Source: the human T2T-CHM13v2.0 reference genome, Homo sapiens. From it: a stretch of 64,000 nucleotides of DNA. The translations under genes and the position numbers were made by a program. This document shows positions 42,975 through 58,313 of the stretch, in pieces (the first letter of the stretch is position 1; each line of letters opens with the position of its first letter). A model generated the notes under the pieces. That model ran no database searches. It had not been told where the DNA came from and saw only the letters and a program-made list of their open reading frames with translations. The stretch lies in NCBI RefSeq assembly GCF_009914755.1, contig NC_060925.1; one strand, 5' to 3'.

Positions 42975-44297
42975 CAAACTTGACAAAAACAAGCAATGGG
43001 GAAAGGATTCCCTATTTAATAAATGGTGCTGGGAAAACTGGCTAGCCATATGCAGAAAACAGAAACTGGACCCCTTCCATACACCTTATGCAAAAATTAA
43101 CTCAAGATAGATTAAAGACTTAAATGTAAAATCCAAAACCATAAAAACCTTAGAAGAAAACCTAGGCAATACCATTCAGGACATAGGCATGGGCAAAGAC
43201 TTCATGACTAAAACATCGAAAGCAATTGCAGCAAAAGCCAACATTGACAAATGGGATCTAATTAAACTATAGAGCTTCTGCACAGCAAAAGAAACTGTCG
43301 TCAGAGTGTACAGGCAACCTACAGAATGAGAGAAAATTTTTGCAAGCTACCCATCTGACAAAGGTCTAATATCCAGAATCTACAAGGAACTTAAACAAAT
43401 TTACAAGAAAAAACAACCCCATCAAAAAATGGGCGAAGGATATGAGGAGACACTTCTCAAAATAAGACATTTATGTGGCCTACAAACATGTGAAAAAAAA
43501 ATCATCAATGGTCATTAGAGAAATGCAAATCAAAACCACAATGAGATACCATCTCATCCCAGTCAGAATGGCGACTGGGATTTTTTTTTATTAAAAAGTC
43601 AGGAAACAACAGATGCTGGCAAGGTTGCAGAGCCATAGGAACATTTTTACACTGTTGGTGAGAGTGTAAATTAGTTCAACCATTGTGGAAGACAGTGTGG
43701 CGATTCCTCAAGGATCTAGAACCAGAAATACCATTTGACCCAGCAATCCCATTACTGAGTACATATTCAAAGGATTATAAATCATTTTACTACAAAGACA
43801 CATGCACACATATTTTAATGGCAGCACTATTTACAATAGCAAAGACTTGGCACCAACCCAAATGCCCATCAATGATAAACTGGATAAAGAAAATGTGGCA
43901 CATATACACCATGGAATACTATGCAGCCATAAAAAAGAATGAGTTCATGTCCTTTGCAGGGACATGGATGAAGCTGGAAGCCATCATTCTCAGCAAACAA
44001 ACACAGGAACAGAAAACCGAACACCACATGTTCTCGCTCATACGTGGGAGTGGAACAATGAGAACACATTGACACAGGGAGGGGAACATCACACACTGGG
44101 ACCTGTCGGGGGGTGGGGGCAAGGGGAGGGATAGCATTAGGACAAATACCTAATGCATTTGGGGCTTAAAACCTAGATGATGGGTTGATAGGTGCAGCAA
44201 ACCACCATGGCACATGTACACCTATGTAACAAACCTGCACATTCTGCACATGTATTCCGGAATTTAAAGTAATTTTTTTTAAAAAGACAAAACAAAG
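42975..44297 (+). mobile_element. 5'-truncated L1PA (ORF2 C-terminus remnant plus 3'UTR)
   Basis: ORF track peptide [24 protein letters not shown]; TSD AGAACTTG(G/A)GAATG (42961-74, 44298-311). Confidence 0.97.
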
Positions 44298-44498
44298 AGA
44301 ACTTGAGAATGTACAGCCCTTGGCCTTTTCAGAAGGCTCCATCTTAGAGCAAAAGGAACTTTCCAGGTCAGTGAAGTTTTCTCCACATTACCTGCCCTTT
44401 CTACATTGGCATGTGACTTACACTTCTCTGAGCCACTGAGGGAGGGGACAAGGAAAAAGCATAAGCCTCTGCCATAGACCAGGCCCTGTGCTTGGAAT

Positions 44499-44890
44499 GT
44501 GTATCGATCAGGAATAGCCTAGGGACAGATCAACCCAGAAATCTCAGGGACTCAAGGCAATAAAGTTTTATTTCTCTCTGATGTTATATGTCTGCTGCAG
44601 GTTGGCAGGTGGCTCTGTCCCAGAGTCACTCAGGGTCCCAGATGGGTAGAAGGACCCTGAGTGATGCTGTTATCCCAACTTCTAGAGTCTTCATAGACAG
44701 GTGAGGAAGAGTGTGAATAACTCACACATGCTTTTAAATGTCTTGGTCTGGAAGTGGCATATATTATAGCTGCTTGCATACCATTGGCTAGAACTAGTCA
44801 CATGACCCCCACATGACTGCAAAGGGGTCTGGGAAATGTAGTCATCTGTATGCACAGGAAGGAGAGAAGAATCAGATCTGCTGAGCATAA
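44499..44890 (-). mobile_element. MLT1-type MaLR LTR
   Basis: CCATTGGCTAGAACTAGTCACATGACC...AAGGGGTCTGGGAAATGTAGTC. Confidence 0.75.
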
Positions 44891-47639
44891 TTCTTCTTTA
44901 TTACAGTGCCTTTTAATCTGCAAATATTGCCTATTCTCATGCTTAACTCACAGCAATATTCAGCAGCAGATATTGTGCTTATTTAACAGATTTGGGGGCA
45001 TCTCCTATGATCCAAATGCAGGAGCTTTAGTGTGGGGATTTTCAAGGGCTACTTTTGGCAGCCCAAGATCTTTTATAAATTCATTCCTGGTTCTCACCTC
45101 TATTCTTGGCCAGTGGTTCTCAGTCTGGGTGCTATGACACGCCAGGAGGGTTCCCCAAAGATAGGATACCAAAAAATGCAAATTATTTGCTTTGTTAAAA
45201 AACAAACAAACAAACAAACAAAAAACAAAGCACAGACATTAGAGTGAGTTCAAGGTTAGCCCTAGAATAGCAACAGTCTGCGAGGGTACAAATGGAAAGG
45301 GTGTAAGAACAGGTACAAAGACACACGGAAATATTTTTCCCTCAGGAATTTGCATCTCATCAGACAAAAGGCTTAGGAGCCACTGCTCTTGGCTGTGGAA
45401 TTTTCCAGTCAAATGCCCCTTACAAAGCAGCAGAATTTGTATGTGACCATTTGAGGGGAGACAGCAACAGTCATTACATTGGATAGACCTGTGGTCTTCC
45501 TGCCACACCCATGAGGGAGCAGTGTGGGGCAGAGAGGGGAGCATGACCCGAGATTCAGGCTGATCTCAATCAGAACCGTGGCTCTGCTCAGCACCAATCC
45601 TGTGACCTGGCTCACTGACCTCCTGAGGCTTGGCTTCCCCCTCCTGTGAAATGAGGAGAACAGTGTCCATCTCCCAGATTGTCGAGGGAACTGAACAGGA
45701 AAGTGCGCAAGAATCTTCAAGCAGGTGCTTGGCTCTCTTTTTTACCCTCCCTTCCCCTGACAGATGGACATTTGGTGTGAGGGCCAGATGTGTTGGCATT
45801 TGCCACTACAAACCCAGAGGGAGCTGCCACATCCACCTTCACCTGCCAGAAGGTGTTTCAAATGCTGTACTGTGGGGGGAAAAGGAAATGAGTTAAATCC
45901 TCAAGTACAGGAGCTTGGTTAAATAAACTCATTCAGATTAATGAAGATTGTGTTGCCAAATGTTTACAAGAAACTTGAAGTAGCAAAGGAAATGTTTATG
46001 ATACAATTTGAGAAGGAAAAAATAGGACACAATATGGTGTATACAAAATGGTATCAACTATGCAAAAACAGAGTTCCTGGCCTAGGAAGAAGTCTGGAAA
46101 GATATACTCCATAATACAGTATGGGTCTACCAATGAGCATTATCCTTTTCTTTACATATTGGATTTAATTTTATGTTTATTTTTGTTGCAATTTCAATTT
46201 TTTGTATTTTAATCTCATTTAAAATATGATAAATTATTATGAGAAAGATCTCTTTTTAAAATAATGTGAATATGGAATTCCCAAAGGTACCAGTTGCACC
46301 AGTATGTCAGAGATCTGGCTTGTTAGGTGTTGCGTGTGATTGGGGCAAGCAGGGTGTTGCATAGAATGAGAAGCAGCAAGCACTTTGGGGAGAGCAGAGC
46401 TGAACTCGAATCCTGTCCTACTCCTTTCTAGCTCTGTGACCTTGTGCAAGTTGCTTCAATTCTGAGCGCCAGGATGCTCTCAGGTCAAATGAGGATGAAA
46501 ATTCTCACCTCATGGAGAACTCATATAAAGTCCCTAGCAAAAATCTTTGACACAATGTAGAAGCCTATAGCAGGGGCCCAGTAGATTCTAATTCTTTTTC
46601 TTCTCTACATCCAGTGGGCATTCTGGGGTGGGTTCCTGACCACCACCTAGGTTGGGACACTGGGAACTGCTGCCAAAGCCTCTTGCCCAAGATCAATGGG
46701 CAAGAACTGACTCACAAACTCAGAATCCCTCATCCGTCTCTACTTCCCCCCAACCAAGGCTGGTCCATGCATCCTGAGTGATTCCCCCACGACTCCGGAT
46801 CTCCTGAAACTTGTCTGCAACTCTCTGTGCAAGTCACGAAGTATTGCTGTCGACAGATTCCTCTTCAAAGGGACCTTGAGTTAAAGAGCAGCTTCTTCCT
46901 TTACTGAAAGCCTTTGAAGTCCAGGCCCTGGTAAGCAGAGTGATTAGGCAAGATGGCCTTGACAGGTTCCTTCCAACCCAAGGGTCTGAGATTCTCTTCC
47001 CGCTCCTTCATCATATGCTCTGAGAGGTAAAGTGAGCTGAGCTGGGCTGTTGGAAGCTGTTGCCATAGCCTGGGATGTCCACCTCCCTCCTGTGTACCCT
47101 CCAAGCACACAAGCAACTCCTCTTCTAGAAGCCCTCCTAACCTCACCACTCTCCTTCCAGATTGGCTGGAGCCCTCTCCCCTAATCCTATTCTGTATCCT
47201 TCTCAGTAGTGTAACTGCCTTGCAAATGACTGTCACCACTCTGGATGCTGGGCTTCTTGAGGGCACAGACTGAGTCTTGTTCATCTTCATATTCCACCCA
47301 AGGCAGGATCTGATGCAAGGCACTTGCTCAAGAGATGTTTGCTGAATTAATTAATCCCACTTGCCCCCAGAAATAAAGTCTCACCAATGAGGTTAAGGCT
47401 TAGTTGTGACCCCCTTAGAAGGAACTAGCATGTATGAGTGTATAATCTCTGTACTAGGCATCCTGCTAAACCTTTTTATTACCCCTTTTTAATTCCCAAA
47501 AGTACTCTAGGAGGTAGATGTTATTGTCCCCATTTTACAAATGAAGAAACTGAGGCCAAGAAAACTTAATTGACTTACCAAACAAGTGACCGAGTGGCAA
47601 CTCAATCCCTGGCTGTGGTCCAAAGATTGGGCTTTTGTT

Positions 47640-47945
47640 TTATATTTATTTCTTTATTTTGAAACAGAGTCTGGCTCTGCCACCCAGGCTGGACTGCAGT
47701 GTGCCGTCATAGCTCACTGCAGCCTCGACCTCCTGGTCTCAAGTGATCCTTTCCCCTCAGTCTCCTGAGTAGCTGGGACTACAGGTGCACAACACCAAGC
47801 CCAGCTGAATTTTGTTTTGGGTAAAGATGGGGTCTCATTATGTTGCCCAGGCTGGTCTCAAACTCCTGGGTTCAAGCAATCCTCCCACCTCGGCCTCCCA
47901 AAGTGCTGGGAGCCACATTACAGGTGTGAGCCACCATGCCCAGTC
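47640..47945 (-). mobile_element. Alu (AluJ-like)
   Basis: Reverse dimer. Confidence 0.93.
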
Positions 47946-48059
47946 AGATTGGCCTTTTCCACACTTTCTCTGTCACCTCCCTGTCAGAAGGTTAGAAGCT
48001 GTCTCCAAAAATTTCTTAATTATTTCCCTTTGAAGACCTGCTATGGTCTAAAAATATAT

Positions 48060-49480
<1,421 letters not shown>

Positions 49481-50064
49481 AGCGTATTTCTCCTCAAGCC
49501 ACAATATCACAATTGCTTTTGGGAGAAGACAAGAGGGGCTTATTTGGTGGGAAAACAGATCCAAGCATAAATCTTGGTTTTGCCACTTTCAGGGTCTGGG
49601 GTTTCAACAAATACCTTAAGGACTTGCCAAGAAAGGGACAGAGTGGCAACTCACTCCCTGGCTGTGGCTTCTGCCTTCTCTGCTGTTTCTGTCTTCTCTG
49701 CTTGCAGAGTAGTGATAATAACACTCTCTTGAAGGGCCGTGGTGTACATCGATTGCAATCATGCAAATAAAGCATCAGGCACATAGTAGGTCCTCATCTT
49801 TTATTTACTCAACAAGTTGGTATTGAGCCCCGTGTTGTGCTGGGCATGACTGCTGGAGCTGGGTAGACTGAGGGAACAAGGCAAACAGCCAAGCCCCTGC
49901 CCTCATGGAGCTTACATCCTAGAGAGGGAAACAAGACAATATGCAAACAACAAAGTAAATGTATGATATTACATCAGGAAGTGATAAGTATAAAATAAAG
50001 CAAGATGAGGGGACGGAGTGTGGCCAGGAGTGGGATGGAGCCCCCTTGGATAAGGTGGTTAGAA

Positions 50065-50525
50065 TATATTAGTTAGAAGACAGGTTTGTCTGAGTGTAAC
50101 AATAGTCCAGAATAACAGGGGCTTACACAAAACAGAAGTTTCTTCTTTCTCACTTATCACCAGGACTGGTTTGATGGCACCACTTCTCAAGGTTAATCAG
50201 GCACCCTGGCTCCTTCTAGAGTGTGGTTCTGACTCCCCTAGAGCACAGTCCGCCTCCATGCCACCTCGTCCACACTGCACAACGCAAGAGGGAGGAAGCC
50301 AGGAGAAGAGGCACACACCCTCCCTTCTGGAAGTGCCTGGAAGTTGCGCACATACCTTGCCCTCATATTCTATTGGCCAGCACTTAGTCACATGACTGCA
50401 TCTCACTGCAAGGGAGACTGGGAAATATACTCTTTATTCTGGTGCCCAGCCAGTCATCCAGCTAAAACTCAGGGGTTCTATCACCTAGAGCTAAGAGGGA
50501 GAAGATGTTTAAAGATATCAACTGT
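50065..50525 (-). mobile_element. MLT1-type LTR within an L2 fragment
   Basis: TATTGGCCAGCACTTAGTCACATGACTGCA..GCAAGGGAGACTGGGAAAT. Confidence 0.7.
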
Positions 50526-52724
50526 CTCTGCTATGGGTGGTCAGGGAAGATTCCTCAGAGGAGACTGCTGAGCAAAAACCCAGGTGAAGTGAAGAGGGGA
50601 GCCATGCAAGATTCTTGGGGGAGAGCATTCCACAGCAGAGGAAACAGTGGTTCCAATGTTCCTGAGTCAGGAGGAAGTGTGGAGTGTTGGAGGGAAAGCC
50701 GAGCTCAGTGCAATCCATGTCCCCCATGAGGCTGAGCAGGTGTTGAGGCATTGATTGAATCACTGTGTTGCTGCTGACTCTGGGTCAAGTCTTGCAATGT
50801 TTCTCCAGCCTCTGCCTGGACATATGCACACAGGCATATGCATGCGCACACATACACGCGGTCCCCTGGCCACTTTCCTCTGCTGGTTCTTCATTTCACA
50901 GTAGGAGCCCAGCAGGGGGTTCAGCCTGTCAGGCTAAAATAGCCACAACTCTATCATCTTCAAAGGAAGAGTATACTTTTCCATTAGTGGCGCACAGACA
51001 TCCAGAACTGCTTTTTGCACAGCGGGAGATTCTCTCCGAGCCGTCGGTTTAGCCTGCAGCTCTTGTTCCTATCAGCAATCCTTTGCAGAAGGAGGCTGTG
51101 GCATTTCCCGACCTTTGTGATGGGGGCTTGGGGATCGGGGGGCCCTCCTAGGGCACATTACGTTGCATGGTGCCTTGCACACTGGAGCTGAACAATAAAA
51201 GCATCTGGGAGTTCAGTGAATCTTCCCCAGATACCTGCTTTGCCTGGAAGTCTCCTTTCTGCCTAGAAGTCATTCTTCCCCTCAGGGATTGTATATCCTG
51301 GTGGTTTAGAGCAAGGGCCCTAGATCCAGACTGCCTGGGTTCAAATCCTAGCCTGACCCCTTACCAGCTTTCTGTCACTGGACAAAAACCTTAATTCCGT
51401 GTTCCTTCATCTTAATTCCATACATTTCCATCTCTTCATCTGTTAGACTGACGATCTTAAGAATACACAGCACAAAATATTCTAGTGATGATGAAGTGCT
51501 TGTGTTGGTGCCTGGCACATGTATTAAATGTTGAATGATAGTACTATTATGCTGATGAACTCTCTTTCTGAGACTGATCCTGACAGAACCCCTCTCTGCC
51601 TCTGTACAAACCACACGGTGTGTGTATTCATGTCTCCCTTTATTCATCATTCTATTTCAGGGTTTTTCATGACCTACTTAAACTTTGGTTTGCCTTCTGT
51701 GCTCAGCTTTTTCCACACTCCCTCTTTCTTTCTCTTCTCCAGCCACTCTGGCTCTCCTTTCTGCAGAAGTTATACTCCTACAGCAGGGCCTTTGCATATC
51801 CCTCTAAGTGGGAAGCTCTCTGCCCAAGAATAAGACATCTCGCTTATAAAAATGGCTGATATTTGTTAAGCTCTGACTTGCACTTGGTGTTTGATGCTAA
51901 ATATGTACATCTTCCATGTGTTCACTTGTGAATTCCTCACGACAATCCTAATGAGATAGATGCGATTATTGTTGACTGCAGTGGAGGCTGTGGTGTTCCA
52001 CGCCCCCACCCTCCCCTGACAAAGTTAGATCACCCCTTTCAGGGCCAAGACGCCTATTCCTTCAGCTGTCAGGAATGTTGTTAGCTCACAGCTGAGTCCC
52101 TCCCCAGGCTTCCCCTTAGCTTGGGAAGACCCTACCCTAAAGGCTACATCCTTTCCTCCAGGAAGCCCATCTCTAATGACCAGTCGGATCAGGGGCACAG
52201 ATGCTCAGCCCTTTTGCTTCAGTTTGGGATAAGCCTGCAGGGCCACCCTAGCATCATAGCCCCCTGGGAGGCAGGCTGAGGCCTCTATTAAGGCAGAGTC
52301 ATAGTTCAACTCCTCCTTCTGCCCAGTTCTACGTCCTTCACTCCCCTGACGGCTTGATCCAAAAGGCATTTCCCTGTAAACTAGTTGCTTTCTAAAGGAA
52401 TCCAATCTAGGAAATTGATGCCTCATGAAATGTAAGTAATTAGGCTAATACTTACATGAAATGTAAGTAATTAGGCAGAGCCAGAATTTGATCTCAGGTC
52501 ATCTGGCCTCAGAGACAAAACACTAATCCACTGCACCAACAGCCTCGCTCCTTCCTTCCTCTCTGTCATGGCATCATGAAACCCACCCTTAGGATACTTC
52601 CCTCAGGTGTATAAATATCCCACGAAGGTCTGTCTACCCCGGACTGTGAGCTCCATGAAGGCTGGACTGAAATCCATTTTGCCACAGCATTCCTGGTGCC
52701 CAGCATGTGATGAGCAATGCATAT

Positions 52725-52770
52725 TGAATGAATGAATGAATGAATGAATGAATGAATGAATGAATGAATG
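52725..52770. repeat. (TGAA)n microsatellite, L2 3'-tail derived
   Basis: About 11 TGAA units following L2 terminal motifs. Confidence 0.92.
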
Positions 52771-54152
52771 TCTATCTCTCTCTGCTATGTATGAGGTTTC
52801 CAAGAGCAAAGAATGTCTTTATCTCTTTATCCCCAGTGCTCCACAAAGTGTCCTGCAAGGGAAGTCATCAGTGTGCCCATTGAACGCAAACTGACCTGTC
52901 TTTCCAGCATGTTCACCAGACACGCTGCCTCCTGTGCCCACTCACACATACAAGTGACCAGCCATTCCCCTAGTACCCAGGTATGTTATGTCTCTATAAC
53001 TTGTTCATTCCGTTCCCACTTCCTAGAATTCCCTTCTGTCTTCTTCATCTACTGGAAACCTCTTCACATCCTTCAAGCCTGTGGGTAAGCAAGTCCTCTT
53101 CAATCCTCCCCTCCTGGGCAGATTTTGGGCTCTGTCCTTTGCACTCCATGGCATGTTTGTATCACTGGTTGTGCCCTACAAAATGGTAGTGTGGCTTATT
53201 TCCTGCTCAACCATGAACCTCCTGAGGGCAAGAGTCATGTCATATTCATTTCTACACCCCCAACCTGGAGGCCTGGCACCACGGGTTCCCAGAGGATGTG
53301 TAAGATGGAAGAGATGAATGAAAGAACAATATTACTGGGTAACCCTTTGAGCACTACGCAGGAGCAGGCACACTTCTAAGGTATTAACACACAGAATTCT
53401 CAGGAGGCAGGTACTGTTCTTAGTCCCATTCTACAAAGGAGAAAACAGAGGCACAGAAGTGTCTAGCAATTTATCAATGAATGAGAGAAGAATTCTCCCA
53501 ACTTGAGGGGCTGCTGTGGGTGTGAGTGTTGCCATCCTGAATGGCCTAGAGATTTGAGAGGAGTTGGAAGACACTAGTGTTGTTCTTCCTCTACTCTCTC
53601 TGCAGGTCATTCTCTGTTCAGAGCAGCGAGGAGAGTCCCTGCCAACCAGGAGCCTCCCACCCCACAAGCGGCCCTGCAGAAGAACACATCTCTCTGATGT
53701 TTCTCAGGTTGAGACTCCAGTGGCCTCCCAGCTGCTGGCACCAGAGCCTGCCTTTGTTTGTGGTGATAAGCAAATTCCCAGAGTGTGCAGCAGGAGCAGC
53801 TTGCTCTTGGGTGGGAATTTGGAGCTGGCCAAAAGGGCAGGGAAGGATTCCCAGGGAACGTGGCCCTTCTGGGACACCGAGGCAGCAGCTCACGTTCTGT
53901 CCTCGTGGAGGTGCTGAAGCCGGGAAAGCTCACCAGAGCATCCACGCCCGGATGATTCACAGGCCCAGGTGGACAGGGACGAGACCCTGATGGCCATGTT
54001 TTCAGAGTCTAAGCAGCTTCAGGGGAATCTGTGTTTTCTGCTGAATGATGTGGGGTGAGAGGGGACCAGAATTTGGAGAGCGATTATGGAAATGGGATTC
54101 AGGAATTGAGATCGCCAAGTTGAGTCTCTGCTTCCTAGAAATATGAGCCTGG

Positions 54153-55086
54153 CAACCTACAGAATGGGAGAAAAATTTTGCAATCTACCCATCTGACAAA
54201 GGGCTAATATCCAGAATCTACAAAGAACTTAAACAAATTTACAAGAAAAAAACAAACAACTCCATCAAAAACTGGGCAAAGGATATGAACAGACACTTCT
54301 CAAAAGATGACATTCATGCAGCCAACGGACATATGAAAAAATGCTCATCATCACTGGTCATCAGAGAAATGCAAATAAAAACCACAATGAGATACCATCT
54401 CATGCCAGTTAGAATGGGGATAATTAAAAAATCAGGAAATAACAGATGCTGGAGAGGATGTGGAGAAATAGGAATGCGTTTACACTATTGGTGGGAGTGT
54501 AAATTAGTTCAACCATTGTGGAAGACAGTGTGGAGATTCCTCAAGGATCTAGAACTAGAAATAGCATTTGACCCAGCAACCCCATTACTGGGTATATACC
54601 CAAAGGATTATAAATCATTCTACTATAAAGACACATGCACACGTAGGTTTATTGCAGCACTATTCACAATAGCAAAGACTTAGAACCAACCCAGATGTCC
54701 ATCAGTGATAGACTGGATAAAGAAAATGTGGCACATACACACCATGGAATACTATGCAGCCATAAAAAAGGATGAGTTCATGTCCTTTGCAGGGACATGG
54801 AGATGAAGCTGGAAACCATCATTCTCAGCAAACTATCACAAGAACAGAAAACCAAACACCGCATGTTCTCACTCGGAAATGGGAGCTGAACAATGAGAAC
54901 ACTTGGAAACAGGGCGGGGAACATCACACCCTGGGGCCTGTTGGGGGTGTGGGGCAGGGGGAGGCATAGCGTTAGGAGAAATACCTAATGTAAATGATGA
55001 GTTGATGGGTGCAGCAAACCAACATGGCACACGTATACTTAAGTAACAAACCTGCACGTTGTGCACATGTACCCTAGAACTTAAAG

Positions 55087-55118
<32 letters not shown>
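54153..55118 (+). mobile_element. 5'-truncated L1PA with (TAA)n tail
   Basis: ORF2 C-terminal peptide ([25 protein letters not shown]); TSD AGAAATATGAGCCTGG (54137-52, 55119-34). Confidence 0.97.
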
Positions 55119-55119
<1 letters not shown>

Positions 55120-55350
55120 GAAATATGAGCCTGGGACAAAGGGGTAGAGTAAACCAGGAGAAACAAAATGTGAGCAGCTTCTCCTGCACCTCCATTGACC
55201 CTCGGGCTCCATGGGAACACTTCCACTTTCCCGTGCCAGGCCCAGAAGCGGGCTCCTCCCCAGAGGAGGTGCCACTCGAGGGAACAGTGACAGAGTCTGG
55301 GGCCTCAGCCTGGCCCAAGTCCCTCCCCAATCACTTTTGCTCAACACCCC

Positions 55351-55859
55351 CGTGTGAGCTCCTGATTGCTACTGCTCCACGTTACTGTGGACTTACTGAC
55401 TCAAAACAACACTCTCTTACAGTTAGTTCTGGAAATCGGACGTCTGACATGGCTGTCACTGGACTAAAATCAAAGTGCCAGTAGGGCAGGGTTCCATTCT
55501 AGAGGATCTTGGGGAGAACCCATTTTCTGCCACTTTTTCCAGTTTTTTGAGGCGGCCGGCGTCCCGGGGCTCCTGGCTCCATCCTCTGTCTTCAGAGCCA
55601 GCAATGGCCGGCTGAGTCCCTCTCACATCTCATTACCGAGACAGACTCTCCTGCCCCTCCTTCTGCTTTTAAGGACTCCTGTGATCACACTGAGCCCCGC
55701 AAAACAACTCAGGACAGCCCCCCTGTTTTAAGGTCAGCTAATCAGAAACCTGTTTCCCACCTGAAGCCTTCATTCCCCTTTTCTGTGTAGCTGGACACAG
55801 TGTAGGTTCCGGGCATTAAGACATGAACATCTTTGCAGGGTCGTTACTCTGCTACCACA
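55351..55859 (-). mobile_element. MLT1-type MaLR LTR (MLT1C-like)
   Basis: TAAAATCAAAGTGCCAGTAGGGC...TTAAGGTCAGCT...CTGCTACCACA. Confidence 0.8.
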
Positions 55860-55974
55860 CCCCTCACCCCAGATCCAGTGACTATTCTAGGGACACCTCC
55901 TGTGTTCCAGGGACCTTCCCACACAGCCATCTCACTTCCTCCTCCCAACCACCCTGGCAGGTCAGGGATATTAC

Positions 55975-56189
55975 ACCAGACCATGTGTGATTTTCAGGGG
56001 CTCTGAGCACTTTTGCCTTGATTCATAAAAAGAAATTCTATTTTCCTACAGTGGTATAAACAAATATAATCTAGGCTGGATTATATTATTTTTTAGTTTC
56101 TGATTTTGAAAAGAAATTAAGACATTTCATTGGCCCCTAAAAGTGCCTCGGCCCCCAGTCGTGTGCCTGCTGTGGTCAATGTTGGCCCT
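55975..56189. mobile_element. MER96B-like hAT MITE
   Basis: GCACTTTTGCCTT...GGTATAAA..TATAATCTAGGCTGGATT...GGCCCCTAAAAGT...GGCCCTG matches recalled consensus. Confidence 0.65.
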
Positions 56190-57185
56190 GGGAAGAGGCA
56201 ATGTGACTGGCCCAGGCCAGCAAGAGGCAGAGCTAGGGCCATTCCCAGGGGCCCTGCCACTAGGACAGAGCTTACTTCACCAGCCACCTGCTGATCTTCA
56301 GCAACAAAACAGCTCCTGGCAGAATCAGACTCAGCCATGGGGACACTGGAGGTCATTTGGCCCAAGGCCCTTATCTTACAGATGAGGATCTAAGTGCTCA
56401 GAGATGGCATACTGCGCTCTTAGGGACACACAGCAAGTCAATACTGTAGCCAGGACCAGGACCTGGTCTCCTGATTGTCCATCTAGCACTCTTCCCTGCC
56501 CTCAGCTCCTCCCCTCTGCTCTGCACACACACACGCACACACACACCGTTCTCCCTGTCATATGCGTGCAGTGTCAATATTAACTTTGGTAACAGTTGTG
56601 TTGACTGTTCTCTACATCTGAGCTATTTAGGATCTACTCAGTGCACTTATTTTACAGGGGAAACTGAGGCTGGAACAGCAATGGCCTAAGCCAAAGCTAC
56701 TCAGCAGGTATGAGGAAAGTCAGGGCCCAGCCCAATTCTCCCGACTCCCGATCCTCTGCTGTTTCTGGCTCTGCCGCACCCTTGCCCACGCAGGTACAGC
56801 TGATCACAGATGTCAGCACCAGCCTCCCTTTTACTTCACCAGCCTACAGAGGCAGAAGACTGTGTGACTGGAAGGTTCTGGAAGAGCAGGTTCCACGTCC
56901 TCCTCGTCCAGACTTGGAACAGTGGCTGCCTCAGACTCAGATCTGGAGCAAGAAAAGCCAGTTCCAGGAGGCTGCTCTGGGGCTACTTGGGGTCACCTTC
57001 CAGCCTTTGACTTTAACTCTGCCATGGGGAGAGGCAGTGGCCGGGTGCCCAGGCTGGGTGAAGGGTTACTGGGTGGAGCCTGAGGTTCAGGCCTTGCACT
57101 GCAGAGGAGTGATGGCCCTCCCCTAGGTACTTCTGGTTTTTACTCTATGTCATTTAGCCCCTCTGAGCCTCATTTTTCCCACCTA

Positions 57186-57530
<345 letters not shown>

Positions 57531-58100
57531 AGTAATAATAACAACACCTCTCAGGGTTGTTGTTGAGCATTAAATGAGGTGCTTAGCACAGTGCGTGGCA
57601 CATAGTGAGGGCAAAATAAATGTTCGTGACAATTTTCATTGTTAGAATTAATAGTGATTAGTTGCAGGACACGAAGTAGCCAATGCTTGAACTGTCTCCA
57701 GAAGACCAAGAGGAATGGATGGCCTAGGAAAGGAATAGCACAGCCTCTTAGAGGAATGGTGTAGGAGCAGAAGCCAAGGCCAGAGGGGAAGCAGAGGATG
57801 GAACACTGACCAGAGAACCACTGCGTGGCCTCCAGCACCACAGAGAAGGACTTGATGGGGCCTCAAGGCGACAGAATCTTAGATCTCCACCCACCATCCT
57901 CTGCAGCTTCCCACTGGTGGAACATACATTCAGGATCTTGCATCACAGGAGAGAAACTTCCAATTCCCCACCCATTTTACAGATGGGGAAACTGAGACCC
58001 AGAGAACAGGACTCACTTATCCAAAAACACACAATGATTTCATGACAATGCCAGACCCCAGCCCTGCTTCCCCTGAGTTTTGAAGGAAATGATTGTTCAC

Positions 58101-58218
58101 TTTGTTTTTGGAGATTTCAAGTCTTCAAATCACTCAGCTATCCTAAGAACAGTTTTTCTTTTGTTTTTGGAGGTTTCAAGTCTTCAAATCACTCAGCTAT
58201 CCTAAGAACAGTTTTTCT
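58101..58218 (+). repeat. 59-bp tandem duplication
   Basis: TTTGTTTTTGGAG(A/G)TTTCAAGTCTTCAAATCACTCAGCTATCCTAAGAACAGTTTTTCT twice, one mismatch. Confidence 0.97.
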
Positions 58219-58313
58219 TTTCTTTTTGTTTTATTTCTAAGCCTTATCTGACATCTAACTCAACACAATCCACTTGACCCTGTAGCCCTGAGAACAGTTT
58301 TAAGAAAGAATAT

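Noticed and set aside
43683-44072. ORF with L1 ORF2-like peptide (also 54285-54683)
   Set aside because: Remnants of truncated, frameshifted L1s, not host genes
58101-58218. CRISPR-like array
   Set aside because: Only two head-to-tail units with no spacers, in eukaryotic DNA with no cas genes
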